DNA of 40,532 bases from Paraglomus brasilianum (Eukaryota). The notes beneath the pieces were generated by a model. The model did not search any database. It saw only the letters and a program-made list of their open reading frames with translations, and was not told the DNA's origin. The position numbers and the translations under genes were made by a program. The DNA is taken from positions 1 to 40,532 of the forward strand of contig CAJVPI010000234.1 in NCBI GenBank assembly GCA_910592345.1, in the 5' to 3' direction. Of this stretch, positions 9,904 to 23,815 are shown in pieces (positions within the stretch are counted from its first letter, which is position 1; every line of letters starts with the position of its first letter).

Positions 9904-11235
9904 CTATCTATTAGTTTTTATGTATTTATACTTCGTTCTGATTTGGCGAACCAAGTCAACCCCGATATTAACGCTACCAAATCAATTAAAAAAGGATAAA
10001 AATGGAGTCCAGGCCTTAAATATATTATCAAAAATGATATTGAAAACTAGGATAATAAAATATCAAAAAAATATTATCTTGTTGATGACCTTTTTTAATA
10101 AATTACGGGTGGTTTTACCCGGAGCCAAATAATTTATATAGATTCCTCTGCTTCGTAAATCTTTGCTCATTTCTCCAGTTTTTCAAGGATTAACTTTGCG
10201 CATTTGTATTCACACTGCTAATCAGCGAAGGAAAAGCAAGAAAAGGAGAATACCAAGAATTCACCACTTTTTGTTTAAAAACCATTCTTTTAAATTTTCT
10301 CAGTCAAAAAGATATCTGGCATCATTAAGCAAAAAAAAAGGTCCTCAAAAAGACCCTCCTTCCATACTATCGCTATTTAAACTTTCCTTAAAATTGTTTG
10401 TATTCATCCCCCTTTTTTGGTTTGCTCCTTCCCATTTTTTTCCTATATCACTAAAATCGAATCAATTTGTTCTCGCGTTACGCATTAGGACAATATTGTA
10501 AATCAAACCAATCAACTGGGACAACTGAATCAAAGGCATAAAACCCAGACTCAACCGAAACCCCAATTTTGACTTATTTTTTTTTAGTATTTTGCTATTT
10601 TGACTATGAAGAGTATTGGTTTCTACTGGTGCTTCTCATTTTAAATTAGTGATTCAAATAAAGAAAATCGTAATCAATAATAGATAAAACATTGGTTCAG
10701 GATTATTCCAGTTTTTGGCAATTCAATCGTAGGGAATGAATACTGTAAAAAGTATCAGGTTGAAGGCATTACATATTCCATATTGGTTCATTAGTTGAAT
10801 AAGCAATTCTAATAAACAACAATTAATTACAGTAATAATTAAACCTAAGAGAAAAATATTTCCTCAACTACTTTTGACATTTTGTCAGTATTTCATGAAA
10901 CCAACTATTAGTGAACCGAGAAAAATCAGAGTCCGGCTAATTCAAAGTTTTCACTTTTGAAATTTGATCCGATCCATTTTGTCAGGATTTAAAAAAATAA
11001 AAAAGAATTGTAAAACAAAATTGACTCCTAAATGGACACTAATACCTGAAAAAAGTAGCTTTGTTGCTTTTACTCCTTCGTCGGCACCTTCAATCCCTTG
11101 CATTCACTGATGAGGAAAGGGAATTTTTTTGGCTCCCAAAATGTAAACTAATAAACCAAGCAAACTAGCCAAACAAGAAAAAAAGAAAACCTGGTACTGA
11201 CGGCTAACTCTTTTTTTTTTGATATTACTTGCCAT
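9904..11235 (-). CDS. secY: Preprotein translocase SecY (~443 aa)
   Basis: Multi-TM ORF in code 4 between rplO and adk; includes GIYINYLAPGKTT and GSVNIGVDLVRQI. Confidence 0.9.
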
Positions 11236-11236
11236 A

Positions 11237-11671
11237 TTATTTTTTCTTTTTTTCTACTATTTGAAAATTACCGCCAGCCTGGGCAATTTTTCCCTGGGCT
11301 GATTGAGAAAAAGCGGCGGCCTTAACGGTTAAATTTTTAGTAAAAGTGCCTCTTCCTAATATCTTAACCAGAAACTTTTTTTGTGACAAATCTACTACTT
11401 CTCCCGCCTTTATCTTTTCATCTTTTTCTAATTCTTCTAAATTAACTACTTGATAAGAGATTTTTTTGTCTTTAAACCCTCCTCCTCGTTTGGGAAAAGC
11501 ACGATACACCGGGGTTTGTCCCCCTTCAAAGCCAGGACGAACATTACCACTTTTTCGAGAACCTTGTCCCTTTTGACCGCGCCCACTCGTTTTTCCTCGA
11601 CCGGAACCAATGCCCCGACCAACAATTTTTTTTTTCTTTACGATAGCCGTTAAATAATTATTAGTATTCAT
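11237..11671 (-). CDS. rplO: 50S ribosomal protein L15
   Basis: VGRGIGSGRGKTSGRGQKGQGSR...GFEGGQTP. Confidence 0.97.
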   Translation of the reverse strand: MNTNNYLTAIVKKKKIVGRGIGSGRGKTSGRGQKGQGSRKSGNVRPGFEGGQTPVYRAFPKRGGGFKDKKISYQVVNLEELEKDEKIKAGEVVDLSQKKFLVKILGRGTFTKNLTVKAAAFSQSAQGKIAQAGGNFQIVEKKKK

Positions 11672-12281
11672 ATTTTTTTCCAGTTAATTTATCCAAGGCT
11701 AAAAAGGCAGCATGAATAACATTGAGTTTATTTCGTCGAGAGCCAATTATTTTGGCACTTATATCTTTAATTTCCAAAAATTTGAATAATCTACTAAGGG
11801 CTCCGCTAGCTTTGATACCGCTTCCTGGAGGAGTAGGCTTCAGGAAAAGTTTAGTGGCTTTATATTTTACTATTATATCGCGGGGAATAGTGCGAACAGG
11901 GGTAGGAAAATAAGTTATTAATTTTCTTTGCCCTTGTCGTAAAGCCTTCCGAAAGGCAATAACAACTTCCTTGCCACCAGCGTGAGCAAAAGCAACAGCG
12001 TTTTTTTCTTCGTCTTTTATCAAAACTAGACAAGTGAAACTAAATCTCCGACCGCCTTTAGTTACTTTTACCACCCTTTTGTTGGCTAATGTTTCACTTT
12101 TTACATGAGAACGAAGTAATCTTCTACCATCCCTTCATTCTTTTCTAGGTTCACTCGAAGTTAGATTATTTTTTGCTTCTGCCTTTTCTTTTTCGCCATT
12201 TACTACACTACTTTCTTTTTCTTCCTGAGAAATACTTTTATCGTTTCCCAGAACCTGATGATTTTCTCCTACCTTCTCCAT
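11661..12281 (-). CDS. rpsE: 30S ribosomal protein S5 with N-terminal extension
   Basis: KRVVKVTKGGRRFSF...LKPTPPGSGI; extends to ATG 12281 through a TGA. Confidence 0.94.
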
Positions 12282-12646
12282 TAAAAATTAATTCCTAGTT
12301 CTCGCATTGCCTGACAAAAAACCTCCATTTTTCCATGATAAGGCCGACCATTGCGGTCAAAAATGATTTTTTCTTTATTTTCTTTCTTTAATTTTTCAGC
12401 AAACAATTCTCCAAGTCTTTTGGCATAGACCTTATTCTTGCGAGAGTAATCATTATTTTTCTCATCAAAATCTTCGGTAGAAGCAGAAGTGAGAGTATTA
12501 CCTACTGTATCGTCAATGGCTTGCACGCGTAAATAGCGATTTGATTCACTCAAAACTACTCGCGGCCTTTCCTGGGACCCCTTAATTAAGGCACTTCTTC
12601 TTTTGCGGACTTTCCGGCGCATTTTTTTATTAATAGATGTCGTCAT
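12281..12646 (-). CDS. rplR: 50S ribosomal protein L18
   Basis: RPRVVLSESNRYL.VQAIDD...FDRNGRPYHGK. Confidence 0.96.
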   Translation of the reverse strand: MTTSINKKMRRKVRKRRSALIKGSQERPRVVLSESNRYLRVQAIDDTVGNTLTSASTEDFDEKNNDYSRKNKVYAKRLGELFAEKLKKENKEKIIFDRNGRPYHGKMEVFCQAMRELGINF

Positions 12647-12653
12647 ATATATA

Positions 12654-13187
12654 TTATTTATTTAAAGATTTTCCGGCCTTCAGTTTAATGGTTTCTGCTT
12701 CACCTAAATAGTAAATACCTTTGTCTTTCTTGTAAATGCTAGGAAGACGAAGGTTCCGAATAGCAGCGGCAAAGCTAGTAGCTTTCTGCTTATCTTTTCC
12801 CCTAATGGTTATTTTATTCCCTTCTACCTTTACTTCTAACTCGGCAGGAATAGTAACATAATTAAGGTGAGATTTTCCTAAGGAAAATTGGAATTTTCCT
12901 TCTTTTGAGGACACTTTATAGCTTACTCCCTTTACTTCAATAATGCTCTCGTGGCCTTCCACTACCCCTTTTATCAGGTTAGAAATTAAAGCATTGTAAG
13001 TGCCAGCCAAAGCAGAATTAACTGACTTAGTGTTTAATTTATTATCTTGATTAATAATTTCCAAATCAGAAGGAATGATTAACTCTTCACTCTTACCTAA
13101 TGGCCCTTCGGCGGAAATTATTCCCTTTTCTAAATTAATTTTTACTTTTTCTGGTATGTAAATAATTCGATCTGCAATTTTTGACAT
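12654..13187 (-). CDS. rplF: 50S ribosomal protein L6
   Basis: MSKIA...GPLG...NLIKGVVEG...GVSYK...LGKSH...YK.KGI. Confidence 0.96.
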   Translation of the reverse strand: MSKIADRIIYIPEKVKINLEKGIISAEGPLGKSEELIIPSDLEIINQDNKLNTKSVNSALAGTYNALISNLIKGVVEGHESIIEVKGVSYKVSSKEGKFQFSLGKSHLNYVTIPAELEVKVEGNKITIRGKDKQKATSFAAAIRNLRLPSIYKKDKGIYYLGEAETIKLKAGKSLNK

Positions 13188-13190
13188 AAT

Positions 13191-13580
13191 TTAACTAATA
13201 AAAAAAATTACTTTCCCGCCTTGTTTTTTTTCCAGGGCTTCGCGGTGAGTTAATAGACCAAGCGGAGTAGAGATAAAATAAAAACCGCGACCACGACAAT
13301 GTTTTTTAAGGTCTTTAACCCGCAAATGAATATGTTGAGAAGGCTTGGAAATCTTTTTTACTTGATGGATGCGGCTATTTTGATTGTTGTATTTAATGTC
13401 CGCCTTAATTTTCCTATTTTTTTCGTCAAGCCAGCACCGGGAAAGAAAATTATGGTTTTCTAACTTTTTACAGATTTGCCATTTAAAAGAGGAGTAAGGA
13501 AAAACAACTGTTTTATAACCCCGCAGGTTGGCATTGCGGATACTGGTTAGCATGTTAGCAACTGGATCAGATAATGTCAT
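13191..13580 (-). CDS. rpsH: 30S ribosomal protein S8
   Basis: DPVANMLTSIRNA...ISKPS...ISTPLGLLT..EA...GG. Confidence 0.96.
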   Translation of the reverse strand: MTLSDPVANMLTSIRNANLRGYKTVVFPYSSFKWQICKKLENHNFLSRCWLDEKNRKIKADIKYNNQNSRIHQVKKISKPSQHIHLRVKDLKKHCRGRGFYFISTPLGLLTHREALEKKQGGKVIFFIS

Positions 13581-13592
13581 ATTAATAATATT

Positions 13593-13778
13593 TTACCAAG
13601 AACCTTTTCGCCACCCTGGCAATAAACCTTCATAAACCTGCTTACGAAAATCGATGCGACAAAGCAGAGTATCTTTAAAAACTGACCCTGAGCGGCCACA
13701 GATTCGGCAACGAGTATATTTTCTACTGGAGTATTTAGGAATTTTATGGGCTTTAATAATCAAGGCTTTGCGTGTCAT
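13593..13778 (-). CDS. rpsN: 30S ribosomal protein S14 (short, Zn-type)
   Basis: KYTRCRICGR...LCRIDFR...GLLPGWRKGSW. Confidence 0.96.
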   Translation of the reverse strand: MTRKALIIKAHKIPKYSSRKYTRCRICGRSGSVFKDTLLCRIDFRKQVYEGLLPGWRKGSW

Positions 13779-13818
13779 TATATATTTCTTATTTTAATTG
13801 TTATGGATTTCTCTGTCC

Positions 13819-14796
13819 TTACTCATATATTTCTTCTTCTTTTTCTTTTTTAGCAATTCTTCCTTTTTCCAAAATAATTTTTTTTTCTAACCTTTTTCTT
13901 TCTTCTTCCTTTTGTTCGTCGAGGGAAAGGATTACTAAAGATTTTTGTAATTCTTCTCCAGTCTTTTCCAACTCAATATTTAATTCCTCTTTTAATTTTC
14001 TTACTCTTTCTAGTTTAGAAAGAGGGTGAGGCTTCCTGGCTAAGCCTAATTTTTGGCCAAGACGGCGAAAGAAACCAACCTCTTCTGGCTTTTCTATTTG
14101 GTTGCCCTCTGGTAATAATTCTAATTCTCGCTCTCTTCTTTCTAACCTGTTTATCCTTTCAGTCAAACTGGCCATTCGCCCTTGAATTTCAGTAATCATT
14201 TTTTTGTCCTGAGTGATTTTTTCTTTATTTCTTTTTTCTTCGGCTTGGCGAAGTTTTTCTCTATTTTTATACTCCTTACAGTGACTTAATAAGCACTCTT
14301 GGGAACAAAAAGCGGCCCCTTCCGGAATTACAATTCCTAAAGTATTTTGCTCTTCTACCTTCAATTTATAAGGAAAGTCAGTTTCATAACTAATATCACA
14401 AAAGTAACAATAACCACTTTTGACTGTCTTTTGTCGCAGAGGAGTCACAATCATTATTTTTTTTTCCATCTGCCGTGAGATAGTTTCTTTTTCTTCACGC
14501 AATTTTTTCACTAACAAATGGTATTTTTGAATTAGATTGTCTTTCTCCTCGTAAAGAACTACTTCACTTCCTGAAAAACGCACCACTTCTAACCTCTCTA
14601 AAACTTCTTCCACCTTTCTAATAACATTTTTGGTGTACTCAGCCATTCCGTTCCACACTTTTTTTTTTTTCTCCGCATTAAGGTTAGTTTTAGCCAACGT
14701 GAAAAGGGAAAGATTGACTTTTTTTACTAATTCTTGATAGTCATTTTCAAACTTATTTAATTTTTCCCGAGCCGACTGGATAATTGAATAATTCAT
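13819..14796 (-). CDS. Hypothetical coiled-coil protein with a CYFC...FCSQEC Zn-binding motif
   Basis: 325 aa intact ORF, K/E-rich helical sequence, TRASH/MYM-like Cys spacing. Confidence 0.8.
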   Translation of the reverse strand: MNYSIIQSAREKLNKFENDYQELVKKVNLSLFTLAKTNLNAEKKKKVWNGMAEYTKNVIRKVEEVLERLEVVRFSGSEVVLYEEKDNLIQKYHLLVKKLREEKETISRQMEKKIMIVTPLRQKTVKSGYCYFCDISYETDFPYKLKVEEQNTLGIVIPEGAAFCSQECLLSHCKEYKNREKLRQAEEKRNKEKITQDKKMITEIQGRMASLTERINRLERRERELELLPEGNQIEKPEEVGFFRRLGQKLGLARKPHPLSKLERVRKLKEELNIELEKTGEELQKSLVILSLDEQKEEERKRLEKKIILEKGRIAKKEKEEEIYE

Positions 14797-14891
14797 AATA
14801 TTTATAATTTAATTTTATTGAGGAATAGTGAAGCCACCCATCCTATATTATAAAAATTTTATAGTTTATGGGTCATTACAGCAACAGAAAA

Positions 14892-16043
14892 TTACTGATC
14901 GGCGATATCCTTATTTTTCTCCACAAAATCCCTATTGGGATTTCAATTAGTTTCTTGTTGGAGATTGCGGAGTATTTTCTCGGTGGCAGGAGTAATTTTT
15001 TTTGGTAATTTGACTTGTAATCAAATATAAAGGTTGCCGCGAGCAGTTTTGTTAATTCCTAAGTAGCAACCGCGACCCCGCAAGATTAAATGGTCGCCAC
15101 TTTGAGTTCCTGCCGACACCGAAATTTTTTCCACTCCCTCCAGAGTGATTACTTCGACACTACTTCCCAAAATCGCGTCCAAAAAAGAAATGGGCAACTT
15201 GACATGAATATCATCACCTTTTCGCTGAAAATAAGGATTTTCTTTGACTTTTACGGCGACATAAATGTCTCCTCTTGCTCCACCATATCAGCCATCATTA
15301 CCTATTCCTTGATAGCGTAGTTTTTTGTCTGGTTGAATACCGCGCGGAATACTAAATTCAATAGTTTCTTTCTGAGTCACGAACTTTTTTCCACCACACT
15401 CTCGACATTTTTTTTTAATTATCTTTCCTTCTCCTTGACAACGAGAACAGGTAATTTGAGTGCGGATTGCTCCTAAAACTGTTCTCTGAATAGTATTAAC
15501 TACTCCTCGACCTTGACAGGTCGGGCATTCTCCAATATCACTGCGCGAGGCTGCTCCTGTTTGCTGACAAGCATTACAAGCCCTTTCTAACTCCAAACTT
15601 ACTTTTTTTTTGACTCCTAATACTGACTCTTTGAAAGTTAAGGTGATATTGATTAAAATATCATTCGCGGCCTGAGGACGGGTTCTATCTCCAGTATGGG
15701 TTCCCCGACTCGCGTAATCATCTCTTCTGCCAAAAAAAGTGTCAAAAATGTCTTTAAAAAAATCTTCCCCCTGGCCAAATCCGCCTTCGGGCGGACCCTG
15801 AGCAAAACCTTCGGCAGTGCCGTAACGGTCATAATTCTGACGTTTTTCTGGATTACTTAAAATCTCATAAGCCTGGTTGATTTCTTTCATTTTTTCTTCG
15901 GCTTGTTTTCTTTCAGCCTCAGACTTGTCGGCTCAGCGGTCAGGATGATATTTTAAAGTTAATTTTCGTCAGGCCGATTTAATTTCGGCCTCCGAAGCGT
16001 CTTTTGATACCCCCAGGATATCGTAATAATTTTTCTTGGTCAT
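14892..16043 (-). CDS. dnaJ: Chaperone DnaJ (~383 aa)
   Basis: J-domain YYDILGV...KYHPD, four CxxCxGxG-type repeats, GDIYV C-terminal domain; joined across TGA. Confidence 0.96.
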
Positions 16044-16070
16044 GAATGAACTAGGTTAAACTAGTTTTAA

Positions 16071-18634
<2,564 letters not shown>

Positions 18635-18642
<8 letters not shown>

Positions 18643-20791
18643 ACTTACTATTTAATAAATTTTTTCCTGTTTCCAAGGAACGAAGAGGAGTTATCTTAAT
18701 TTCCTGAGTACCCTGCTCTAAATTAAGAAGATAATTTCCACCACTTACCAACAACTGCGAAACTACCTGTCGGGCCACCAAGGTGCCAATTTTTTTTTCG
18801 ATATAATGCTTAATTGGACGAGCACCGTATTCAATCGAATAAGCCTCGTTCAAAATTTTTTCCACCACTTCCTCATTGTATCTCAATTTAATGTTTTTCT
18901 CCTGAAAGGTACGCTGAATAAATAATTCTAATTCTTTAATAATAATTTCTCTAATAACTTCTTTGCTTAAAGAATTAAAGAAAACTATTTCATCAAGACG
19001 GTTGAGAAATTCAGGACGAAAATGACTTTTTAACTCGAATTCCAAATCTTTCTTTATTTCTTCCATTTTCCTTTTCTCAAAATACAACTCTGAACCTAGA
19101 TTAGTAGTCAAAACGATAATGGTATTGCGAAAATTTACTTCTCGACCATTGGCCAGGGTGAGGAAACCGTTATCGAGTATCTGGAGAAGGATATTAATAA
19201 CTTCGGGATGGGATTTTTCAATTTCGTCAAAAAGCACTACGCTATTCATTTTCTCTCGAATAATTTCTAGCCGTGGTCGTTCTTCAAATCCGATATAACC
19301 AGGCGGAGAGCCAATTAACTTACTAATTGAGTGCGGTTCAGAAAACTCTGTCATATCGAGACGAATAAGATTTTTTTTTTGGTCAAAAAGTTGCTCGGCA
19401 ATGGTTAAAGCCACTTCAGTTTTACCTACTCCAGTTGGCCCGACAAACAAAAATGACGCCAAAGGGCGATGTGGGTCCTGAATTCCCGCCCGAGCCCGAA
19501 AAATAGCATCACTAACTGCTCGTAGAGCTGCACCCTGACCTTTTACTCTCTGTTGAAGAATAGCCGGAAGAAAAAGAAGTTTTTGCTGCTCATCGGCCAA
19601 AACTTTTCCCACGGGTAAATCATACTTCTGAGTAATAGTCAAAGCAACATCTTCTCGGTTTATAAAATATTTTCTCAATACATTATGACTGGCCTCTTCT
19701 TCTAATTTTTCAATTTTTTCCTTTCAAAAAGGAATAGCCGAATATCTTAGTTCAGCAGCCTTGGTAAGGTCAATTTCTTTTTGCTGATAAATAATTAATT
19801 CTCTTTCCGCGTGGGCTAATTCTTTTTTGGCATGGTTTAACTCCTGAATAATTTTATTTTCTTTCTGGTCTAATTCTAATAATTCCTCCAATTTCTCTCG
19901 CTGTTTTTTTATTTCTTGTTGAAGATTAAACACTTCAAACTCATTTGTTTTATCTTTCCCGATTGCGGCTAGATTCATTTCTAATTCTCTTGATTTCCGA
20001 CGAGTTTTCTCAATTATTTCAGGTTCATATCACCTTTCGCTTCTTACTCGGCCACAGGTCTCGTCTAACAAATCAATTGCCTTATCTGGCAAGTAGGTAG
20101 CGGTGAGATAGCGTTGCGAAAAATTAACGGCCGCTAGCAAGGCTTCATCATAAATTTTCAATTCATAATAAATCTCGAAATAATTGCGAATACCATGCAG
20201 AATTCTTAAAGTGTCCTCTCGGCTGGGCTCTGGGACTAGGATATTGCTAAAGCGACGCACCAATGCTCCGTCTTTTTCAATGTATTGACGATATTCTTCC
20301 CGAGTGGTTGCGCCAATACATTGAATTTCTCCTCGCGAAAGCATTGGTTTTAAGAGGTTAGAGACGTCTAAGGCTCCTTGGCTACGACCAGCCCCCACAA
20401 TTAAATGGATTTCATCAATAAAGAGAATAGCGTTATTTTCTGGCTGAGCCATGAAGTTAAGAATGACTTTCAACCTCTCCTCTAATTCGCCTTGAAACTT
20501 GGTTCCAGCCATTAAGGACATCATGTCAAGTTGGTAAACAATCTTTCCCTTCAAATAATCTGGCACCCGTTCCTGTTTGATTCTCTGGACTAATCCTTCT
20601 ACTAAGGCGGTTTTTCCGACCCCTGGATGACCAATCAACAAGGGGTTATTTTTCATCATTCGCGACAAAATATAAATTAGTTGTTTAATTTCCCCCTCTC
20701 GTCCAATTACCGCTAACTCGTTGACTTTAGCCTTTTTATTGAGATTTTCAGTAAATCGTTCAATAATTTCTCTTTCTTTTTCCTTGCTCAT
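18635..20791 (-). CDS. clpB: ClpB disaggregase lacking the N-terminal Clp domain (~718 aa)
   Basis: Three track ORFs share one frame across TGA; Walker A GHPGVGKT and GPTGVGKT, LFIDEIH, LPDKAIDL, middle coiled coil, FRPEFLNRLDE. Confidence 0.95.
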
Positions 20792-20851
20792 AATTATACT
20801 AACAACTACTTTCTTTTTTTTAATCTATGTTTGTTTTATTGCTATTATGTT

Positions 20852-20909
20852 GTCCGGCGGCAAAAAAACTAGTTAAAATACAAAACTAGAAATAACAACG
20901 CCACCGGAC
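20852..20909 (-). promoter_or_regulatory. GC-rich stem-loop with U-rich internal loop upstream of clpB
   Basis: Minus strand gtccggtggc pairs with gccgccggac (one G.U); inner stem ctagtt/aactag. Confidence 0.5.
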
Positions 20910-20976
20910 TCAATTATGAAAACACTTTTCTTTTAGGGGGAGAAAACAAAATTAAAGAACCCCATATTTATTTTAA

Positions 20977-21053
20977 TGGGGCGAATAGTGAGGATCGAAC
21001 TCACGAATGCTAGTTCCACAAACTAGTGCGTTAACCATTTCGCCATATTCGCC
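20977..21053 (-). tRNA. tRNA-His(GTG)
   Basis: GGCGAATA...TTGTGGA...GTTCGAT...TATTCGCCCCA, with G-1 and encoded CCA. Confidence 0.97.
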
Positions 21054-21057
21054 AAAA

Positions 21058-21132
21058 TGGAGCGAGTAGCGGGAATCGAACCCGCATCCTCAGACTGGCA
21101 GTCTAATATTCTGACCGTTGAACTATACTCGC
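21058..21132 (-). tRNA. tRNA-Gly(GCC)
   Basis: GCGAGTA...CTGCCAG...GGTTCGATTCC...TACTCGCTCCA. Confidence 0.97.
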
Positions 21133-21152
21133 AATTTAATTATTAATAATTT

Positions 21153-21929
21153 TTAGTCCAAATCATTTTTTAGAAATCTTTTTCGATAAAGGTAGAAAAA
21201 AAACGAACCGATTGCCAGGAACAAAGGAATGGAGAGAAATGGGACAATGGTAGAAGATGTGAGAAAATCCTTAAAGGAATAATAAATAACCTGAAAAATA
21301 ATAATTAAAACAAACAAGATTACTATGAATAATATTGAGTAATCTTCATAAAGAAAGAATAAAGAAGGAGCCAGTGACAAAAAGTTTATCAGAGCAAAAA
21401 TCACTCCATTGAGTAATAAGAAAGAGACCAGCAAAAGGGCCGAGGCGCCAGCCGCCAGCCACAAGAAAAAAAATAATGGCAAGGTTAAAAGGAAGAAATT
21501 AACCGCCCAGAAATAAGTAGCAGCCGCGGCGAACTTGGCTCAGATTACGGTTTCCCGACTAACTCGGGGCGTAAATAGCAGGACGTTGATATCACCCGCC
21601 CGATTCTTTTTCATGGTTGCCGCTCCCCAAGAAGTTTCCCGACCAGTTAATCGAATAGCCATTTGGGCAGTAAGTATAAACATAAAGCCGAGTTGACCAA
21701 GAGAAATAAGTCAAAGTTGGCGAAATTTTTCCATTCAATTGCCTTCTCTGATAACTAAGCGGAAATTAGAGTCAGAAGTAGTTCTTTCACTAAAAAGGAA
21801 AAGCAGGCTCCAGGCCCCAATAATTAATAAATAGAATAGTATTAACCACCACAGTTTCAGTAGTTTCCGACAATAATAGCGGTAAAGTTTAGAAAATACA
21901 GTTTTTTGATCTTTTTTGAAGTTAAACAT
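21153..21929 (-). CDS. ABC-2-type exporter permease (~258 aa)
   Basis: Multi-TM in code 4; LLFTPRVSRETVIWAKF motif; operon with an ABC ATPase. Confidence 0.8.
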
Positions 21930-21938
21930 AAATTAAAT

Positions 21939-22994
21939 TTAGCCTAAATCTTCTTCTTGGTATCTTAAATAATAAAGAGTGAAGAAGAAAAGCCCACAAA
22001 CTAAGGAAATGACGGTAAATCAAATTGGGTCAAAGAAAGTTTTTTCCACCGTGTAGGGTCAGGCAGCCGAACTAAGGAGTTTTAGTCCGCCCCAGAGGAA
22101 AGGAAAGAAAACGACTAAAGTTGAGAATATTCATTTTTGACCGGTTAACGAGCCGAAAAAGAGATGAGGAACAAAAATTAGTCCAAAGAATAAAAGTGGT
22201 CCAACAATTATAGTTATTAGGGTTAATAAAGCAAACCAGGATAATTGTGGTGCTGAGGCTAATCATCAATAATAAATACTAAACGGAATTAAGAACAAGA
22301 TAATATTAATGAGAAAATAAAAGGTTAAAAAGGCTAAAATTTTTCCTCAAATCACATCACTTCTCTTCACGCCAGGGGTCATGGTTAAAACAGTGGTTTC
22401 TTCCCCATCTCCACGAGGCGAGAAAAAAGTCTTATCAAAAACCTCAAAAATGAACCAATACAAGACTAAGAATCCAGTCAGATTCCACCAAGAAATGTCA
22501 AGGAGCAATTTTCAAAAACCCTTCTCTCCCATGTTATTATAGCCCTCCGTTTGGGAACAGAAGAAAGCATTATTGGAATTGAAAGGAAACGACAAAATGC
22601 CAAGATAGGTGCTACTATCTACCATTCGCAAACCTCACCTGGCAAGTCTTATTTGTGTTCCAATTTTCTGATGTTTTTTTGTTCATTCTTTTCATTGTTC
22701 TTCATCTTCAAGAAGGTTACGAATTTCTTTTCGGTCTATCACTCCTCCTACTTGGTCTTGTAAGAGTTCGCGTGCCACCTCTGAAAAACTTTCTTCTTTC
22801 TCTTTTTCTTCCCTTTGTCTTTCAGAAAACTCGCTTCCTCTTTCTCTGATGTTTTTTAGTACTTGAAGCCCAGCTCATGGAATAACAAATCACCATACAA
22901 TACCAATTAAAATGGTAAAAATGATAATTCTCAATCAATTTTTTTGTCAGATTTTTCCAAAATAGAATTTATATAATTTTCCAACTTGCGACAT
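21939..22994 (-). CDS. ABC-2-type exporter permease (~351 aa) with large extracellular loop
   Basis: Open only in code 4; VLTMTPGVKRSDVIWGKI motif; similar C-terminus (EEDLG vs KNDLD) to the next permease. Confidence 0.8.
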
Positions 22995-23005
22995 AACAAT
23001 ATATT

Positions 23006-23716
23006 TTATAATTCAAATAATCCTTTACCTTTTTCAATAAAGTAATCTTCATAAGTTTTTTCAATATCGGGTGTTTTCGCCCCACTATAAACAATTCTTC
23101 CTCTTTTAATCATGGTAATATCATCGGCTAATTTTTGTAGGTCAGAAAGAATGTGGGTCGACATTAAAATGGTTCCGCCTTTGTCACGAATTGTTTTCAA
23201 GTTGTTAAATAAGTCCTGGCGAAAACTAGGGTCTAAACCATTAAAAGGCTCATCCAACAAGTATATTCTCGGGCGGTAAAGGCTTAAAGTAAAAACTTGG
23301 AGGATTTTTTTTCAACCAGTCGAAAGGGAATGACAGTTTTGGTGGCGAAATTGGGACAAGGGTGAGCCTGCTAACTTTCTCAGCACTTCCCCTTTAGGAA
23401 TATCCCGTAAATAGCCGCAATCCAATAAGTAATCCTCAACACTAAGGCTAGGAAATTTCGGTTCAGCCGGAATAAAACCTAGTCGTTGATTAAAACTAGG
23501 GTCACGGTTAACTGATTTGCTATCAACATAAGCCTCACCATGAGTTGGTAAGACTAAACGAGTTAAAATACTGAGAGTAGTGGTTTTGCCCGCTCCATTG
23601 GGACCAATAAATCCATGAATAGTTCCTTTACGGACGGAAAAGGAAACATTATTTAAAACGGTTTTGTTGCCGTATCTTTTGCTAACGTGTTTGACTTCGA
23701 TTACTTTTTCTGTCAT
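23006..23716 (-). CDS. ABC transporter ATP-binding protein (236 aa)
   Basis: GPNGAGKTT, LSTGW(TGA)KK signature, LLDEPFNGLD, STH. Confidence 0.95.
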
Positions 23717-23815
23717 ACTGATTTCATTATTATATTATTTTATATGTTATCGTTGAATTGTCTACCTAAACTGTTCGCTCAAACAAAATATTATTAATAT
23801 ATATCTTATTTCGGA

